Notes under the pieces: generated by a model
Database searches by the model: none
What the model was told of the DNA's origin: nothing
Seen by the model: only the letters and a program-made list of their open reading frames with translations
Origin: Reclinomonas americana ATCC 50394
Lineage: Eukaryota
Direction: 5' to 3'
Length of the DNA stretch: 40,861 nucleotides
Assembly (NCBI GenBank): GCA_048213135.1
Contig: PS015309.1
Location: 1-40,861 of the forward strand
Translations under genes and position numbers: made by a program
Shown here: one piece after another, positions 35,094 through 40,861 of the stretch
Layout: the number at the start of each line of letters is the position of its first letter
How positions within the stretch are numbered: the first letter of the stretch is position 1

Positions 35094-38000
35094 TTAAGCG
35101 TTGGCAAGTTTCATGTGCACCGGTGGATCGCACTTGCGCTTGATAAACTGACCAATGTACACCGGCAAGCACGAGCAAAGGGTGATGAGGCACACCTTGA
35201 GCCAGAACGTGGCCGTCAACACAAAGGCCAGATCTGTGGAGAGAGAGAGAACGATTAGTTGGCGGCACAGCACGCAACACACGCACGGCTACGCACTCAC
35301 CAAACTCAGACGGCAGTGCCAAGAACGACGAGAGGTAGAGCACGAGCGAGAAGACCACGGCGTACACATTCCACATCTGAATCTTGTGCAACTCGAACGC
35401 CACCATCAGCATCTCGGTGAGGATGAGGGCGGTAAAGGTGATGGAAACAACGTTGAGGAAGGAGTTCTCAAACAGCGCAATGGCCAGCAGCATAATCACG
35501 CCGCCTTGGTAGACGCTGAGCAGGAACCAGATGAGGAAGGTCTTCATCGATAATGTGCGACCCTACAACGTCGACACGCCACACAGTCAGTGACAGTGAT
35601 GCCGCAACACTCACACGTGCGTGCGTGCACACCTTCAACAACTCGCGATACAACTCGGGGTACGTGAGCGCGACATCGGCAGTGACATCCTCATCCAGCA
35701 CCAGTGAGAAGACAGGGAACATGGTGTACAGTGTGGCGTACCTATGTGTGACAAGAGGGGAGGAAGAGGTAAGCGTCACCGAGATGACGCAGTGGGGAGA
35801 GATGACTAACCCAACAGCCAGCCAGCCGGCGTAGATTGGCAGTGGTGAAAAGTAAAACAGCGCGGAAAAGAGCGCTTGGATGATCGAGATGATGAGGCCG
35901 CGGTGAATCACAAACTGCGCCAGTCGAGCACTCCGATTGTATGAGTTGCGCCCGTGCCAGACTGCGATCGCATGAGCAAGAAAAACGCGTGTCGCACAAT
36001 GCACATTAACTCGTGGAGGACGCAACACAGGAGACGAGTAATGTGTGAAAACTGTGTGATTGAAAAATCGGCGGCCAGCGACGCCTGCTTGCCCTCCTTG
36101 CCCTCAATGCCAATGCCAACATCGGCTGCGTTTCGCGAACAAGCAACATATCAGTGGCCCGCACAAACACGTAGGCAGGCCGAGGAGGCGATTTGCACGC
36201 TTTGTTACCTGATTGAATCATGGCTACGTCGTTGCCACCGTCGCCGACTGAACACGCACGAGCACCAGTGATGCGTCGAATCAAGTGGACCACCAAGGCC
36301 TGTGCGTGGAGTGTCAGGCATAGCCCGGCAACTTGCTGCACGGCTGCAACGCGTTGCGTACCTTTTGTGTCGGAGAACAGCGACAGCATACGACTGCTGG
36401 CGCGCGACATGCCAACTCGGCAAAGCGTTGGCGCACACTCTCCGACAAGCAGAATCCGAGTGTCAATCCATCGACCACAATCACAGTCTCCGTGGTGGCA
36501 TCCTCGCCACGCCCTCGCACACCCGTGGAATCGACTGCGAGAGATAAGTCAGCGCGCAGAGAGCAGCACAAGTCACTGCGCGCAACACTGTGCAACGCAA
36601 CACTGCAAGTGGCCGCGACCACCCATCATGCCGGCCAGACGATCCAACTCCAAGTTGGTGGTGGTGATGTCCGAGGCCTGCCGAAAAGCAATGATTACAC
36701 GTGCAGGTGTTGTGGCGTGCATGCAACACACTTTGCAAACCATGAGCTTGAAGATAATGTGGGTGCGAGAAAACAGTCGGGCACTTCGCGCAATGCAAAT
36801 AGCAGTTTCCACCTTGTCGCCCGTCAGCATCCACACCTTGATGCCCGCATTGCGGAAGTTCTCCAACGACGCCTGCACCTCATCCTGCACGGCACACGCC
36901 CAGCAGGTGAGCTGCAAGATAGATACACGATTCTCCACCACCTCATACACACACACACCTGCAACTTGTCCTCCACACCAGTGACGCCAATTAACGTGAG
37001 ACCGCGTTCCAGGTAGTGCTCCAGAACCTCTCGCACGCGACCAGCCCGGTTCTGCAACCACAACGACGACGACGACGACGACACGTTAGGGTGGGAAGTC
37101 GGTGGCGGAGCACGCGAAATGGTACAAACCTCGATCGCTGCCTTGGCGTCGTTGTGCTGCAACGTAAACTCCTGGAACTCGTCCTCGGTCAAGTACCGGT
37201 ACGCAAACACCAGTGTGCGCAGGCCTTCACGTGCCATATTGTCGCACTCCTCCACGAGCCAGTCGCTGGTCAGCATTTTGCTCATGACCGCATCCGCACT
37301 GATGCGCGACGCGTCAACAACATGTTGCTTCGTCGCCACACACGCAAGAGAGAGAGAGAGAGACGCACCCTTTGATGTAAAACACAATCTGACCCGTCTC
37401 CCTCGATCGCACAATGATGCCCATGCGTTTCGTCTCCGACGTGAACGGGAACACATTCAACACTTCGTATTCCTCCGCGACACCGGTGGGCGTCCGAAGC
37501 GTGATGGTGCTCAGCGAGCGATCCTCCAGCACCAGTTGCACACTCTCCGTGAACTAAGTGCGGGCAAGTCGATGTTTCAGCGACGCTGACATGCAATCAT
37601 GGAGCGGAAATACACACCTGCACGAGAGCAACTTCGTCGGGCGACGACGCCTGGTAAGTGTGCTTCCCGTTCTCGACCACCGGCGTCACATTGTGACACA
37701 GTGCAATGGCGCGCACCGCCATGGTCACGCGCGCCACGTCCTCATCGCCGAGTGCCAGACCGTTGGCAGCAGACGCTCGCGGCACAGTGGAGCGGCTCAT
37801 CAGCGACGAACCTTGCACACGCATTCGCATGAGCACGCTGCTGCGATCGAAAAGCACGACGCACACGACGCAACTTGACTCGCTGTGTGGCAGGTGCACG
37901 CCAATAGAGTCGACGTCGAGCAGACCGCTGCCGGATGCGGAGCCTTGCGGCGATGCCGCATCGGCGACGGATGAGGTCGGCGACATGACATGCGCGCCGT

Positions 38001-40721
38001 ACCAGCCGGCTACCGCTCGCGCCACATCACTCATGGTCTCCTTGGAGAATGAGAGCACGCCCAGATGCAACTTTTTGAACACCATCTCTGAACCGAGTGC
38101 GACCCACCAAGATGAGTACGAGGCGATGTGACATGCACAACACACGCCACTGCCGATTCGCACCGTTTCTTGTCAAGGTGCCGGTCTTGTCGGTGAAGAT
38201 GTATTGCACGCGCCCCAGCTCCTCCGGGATGTTGCTGTTGCGTACAATGGTGCCGGGTATGGCCTTGTCGCGCACAATTTGCACCGAGTAGAGCGTCTTG
38301 CCCATGTCGAGGTTGACACGCAACGAAATGGGAATAATGGAGGAGAACAGGAGGGTGAAGCGGAACATGTAGATGATCCACGGCCCGTGCAAGCCCTTGA
38401 GCAGGACCAGCACAATGGCCAGCACCACAAGAATGCAAAACAGCAGCTGCACTGGGGAGGTGAGTGGAGTTGCACGCACACGCACGCACGCACACACATG
38501 CACAAAAGTACGCACCTTGGACAGGAAATTAATCTCCATGTCCAACAGGCCGGTCTTGGACTTGGGCACCGATGCATTCATGGCGGCTCGCGTCTCGCGA
38601 CCAGTATAAATCACCAGGCCAACCACAGTTCCGCTGGCGACCACAGTGTCGGCCCACAGCGTGTTCTCCACACCCAGCGACTCGACAACTTTTTGTGCCG
38701 TCTGCGATCAGAAAAGCGAGAGAGCAAAAGAGAGTGAGCACTCAATGAGGGTGTGTGTATGTGTGTGACGCACGCGACGCGCGGGAGAGACCTCAAACGC
38801 CGACGGATCACCGCCGAGACCAGTGTAGTGCGTACACCGCCCGATAAATTCGTAAATGTCCTTGCGCGGCGCCTCCGAGTACACTGTGGCATCGAGCGAC
38901 AGCAGGTCGCCCGGGCTCGGTAACCTCTGCGTCAATCGCACCGCATGCCTGCGAGGGACGGCCTCCGCATGAACGACACGATCGCGGGGATAAACAGGAG
39001 GGGCCACACACCTGAGTTTCCAGTCGGTTTCACCATCGAGTTGGTCTGTGCGGATGAAGGAGGCGCCCGACTTTTCAGTCGTCTGCATGAGGATGCAGTC
39101 GGCGGGCACTCGCTGATTCGTGTGTATGCGGATAAAGTCGCCGACTCGTACTTCGCGCCGCTCAATGGTCTCGAAACCGCGCAACGTCAAGCGTTCCACA
39201 CGCTCGCGGTTGGCTTCGCGGTCGCGCCTCCACCGCTTGATGTCGTCCACCGCCTCCTTGATCAGCGTCACTGTCAACACAAACGCCAGCGGCGCAATGT
39301 AGGAGAACAGGAAACCTGCGTGAATGGAAGTAAGTCGATCTACGGCAACACCATCACCAAACACCGACCACTCACGCACCGACTTTGAGTGGCGGAAAGA
39401 ACTGAGTCAGGGCGACGATCAAAAAGTAGAGGTTGAAGAAGAAGCGGAACTGCTCGTAGAGCACGAGCGGGATGAAGGTGACGGGGTTGTACTTGTTGTT
39501 CTTGGTGACGTTGGGGCAGTAGACTGGGATGCGCGTCGATTTCTGCGATGCACCGGCCGCCAACGACGACGCCGCCGACGAAGTTCGCATCACCAGTTCC
39601 AGCTGTGGATTGAAGTAGAGGGTGCGCGGCATGTAGCGCTTCACAGTCTTGCATCCGCAACTCTTCTTCACGTAGTGCCAGCAGCGACGGCACGAACGCT
39701 TCATGCGACGCCAGCACGACGGCATCGAGGTGGCCGCCGAGTGCCGCTGCTTGTGCCGGCTGGAGACCATGAGGCTGTCGCCTGCACGATCGTCGTCGCT
39801 GTCGCTGCCGCGTACCGACGCATTGTAGTCGTCATCTTCATCGTCGTCATCGTCATCGTCAAAGCTCAGGCGACCGCCACTGCCGCCTCCGCCACCGCCG
39901 CCACCGCCGCCGCCGCCTCGCGCCACCAGTGGCTCGTTCACTGAGATGTCTGATCAGAGAAACCACACAACACACACAAGAGTGGATGGATACACACTCG
40001 CGGAGGGTGGAAGGTGGTGTTTGGCAGAAAAACTAAAGAGCATTCGTTACCTGATGATGAATTGGCCGGCTCGGTGTCACGCGACGGCGTGTTGGGGTTG
40101 ATGGACATCACCGGTGACACTGGCACCTCCACGGTCGTCGAGTGCGTGCTCAAGCCTGCGCACGCAAACACACACACACACACGCGCACACATGTCACGC
40201 ACATGAACGAATTTGTAGATTCTTGCAACAGCGCGCAGACCTTGCGCGGCCAGACGACGATCAGCGCCGCCGAGGCCCCTCGCCGCCAACTCAAACAACT
40301 GGCCTCGCAAGTGACTCGACGAGGGCGTCGGTGGTCCACTCGTGGCAAACACGCCGCGACGAAACACCTCGCTGCCAAATCGCGCCGCGGGTGCACCCGT
40401 CGTTGTCGTTGTCGTCGTCGTCGTTGTTGTCGTCGTCGTCGTCGTTGTTTGCAATGGCTGACCGGGCGGTGTGGTGGGCGAGATGCTCCCGTCGGTGGTG
40501 AGGAGTGGAGTCGCACGGCCTCCACCGCCAATGCGAATGCGCGGCAGCGCGGTTGCTGCTGCTGCTGCTGTCGTCGCCGTCTGCGTTGTTGTTGTGTTGG
40601 CGGCGCCAATCGCCCGCGCGAACTCGTCGTCTGAGTCGCTGGCGGCGGCGCCAGGCACGCCGGTGCGATTGCGCAGGATGAGCTGCCGGCGTGGGCCCGC
40701 CTCGTCTGCCGCTCGACGCAT
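35094..40721 (-). CDS. NEO1: P4-type ATPase phospholipid flippase, NEO1/ATP9 subfamily (about 21 exons, long low-complexity N-terminus)
   Basis: [73 protein letters not shown] (phospho-Asp), [53 protein letters not shown] and [14 protein letters not shown] at 35094. The start at 40721 is tentative. Confidence 0.95.
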
Positions 40722-40861
40722 CGCTGTGGGATGATGAAGATTGATCGGGTGGAAAACCGAGTGAAAAAAATGGCAGTCTTGCTCTCCTGTGCCCCTCCCT
40801 GGGCGTGCGATTCACCGTGAATGGTTTTCGGTGAGGGAGCAAGAATAGAGAGAAGAGGTAG

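Noticed and set aside
40156-40240. Possible frameshift or non-canonical intron in the NEO1 N-terminus
   Set aside because: A normal AAG|GTCTGC..CAG phase-1 intron (about 40156-40240) joins the frames as AAQG-LSTHST.
282-40240. Introns as a recently spread introner or transposon family
   Set aside because: By eye the intron bodies share no sequence beyond splice signals and GT/CT microsatellites, and I saw no terminal inverted repeats or target-site duplications.
1-40861. CRISPR arrays, tRNA or rRNA genes
   Set aside because: None recognised. The repeats present are microsatellites or coding repeats. Small ncRNAs cannot be excluded without a covariance search.

Overview
Gene-dense, GC-rich eukaryotic (protist-like) DNA with many short spliceosomal introns (about 50-120 nt), the standard genetic code and four N gaps. 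Splicing by hand gives ten genes: a 5'-partial membrane-anchored protein with two tandem SURNod19-like domains (+), an orphan coiled-coil protein (-), a small coiled-coil protein (+), NTPCR/THEP1 (+), EDC4/VARICOSE-like (-), CLPTM1 family (+), a giant phage-tail-fibre-like Gly/Thr/Ser repeat protein ending in an intact peptidase-S74 autocleaving chaperone (-), an NPPY-type amino-methyltransferase (-), a large secreted EGF-repeat protein (+) and a NEO1/ATP9-type P4-ATPase (-). Two signals stand out. First, a second class of 5' splice site (GTTGCG/GTTGAG, the usual GTGCG/GTGAG plus one extra T) is used by roughly a fifth of the introns and almost always follows a non-G exon base, which suggests routine shifted-register donor recognition. 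Second, the intron-rich S74-chaperone fibre gene appears to have expanded its repeats together with an intron. All gene models and counts are manual, and no database search was run.
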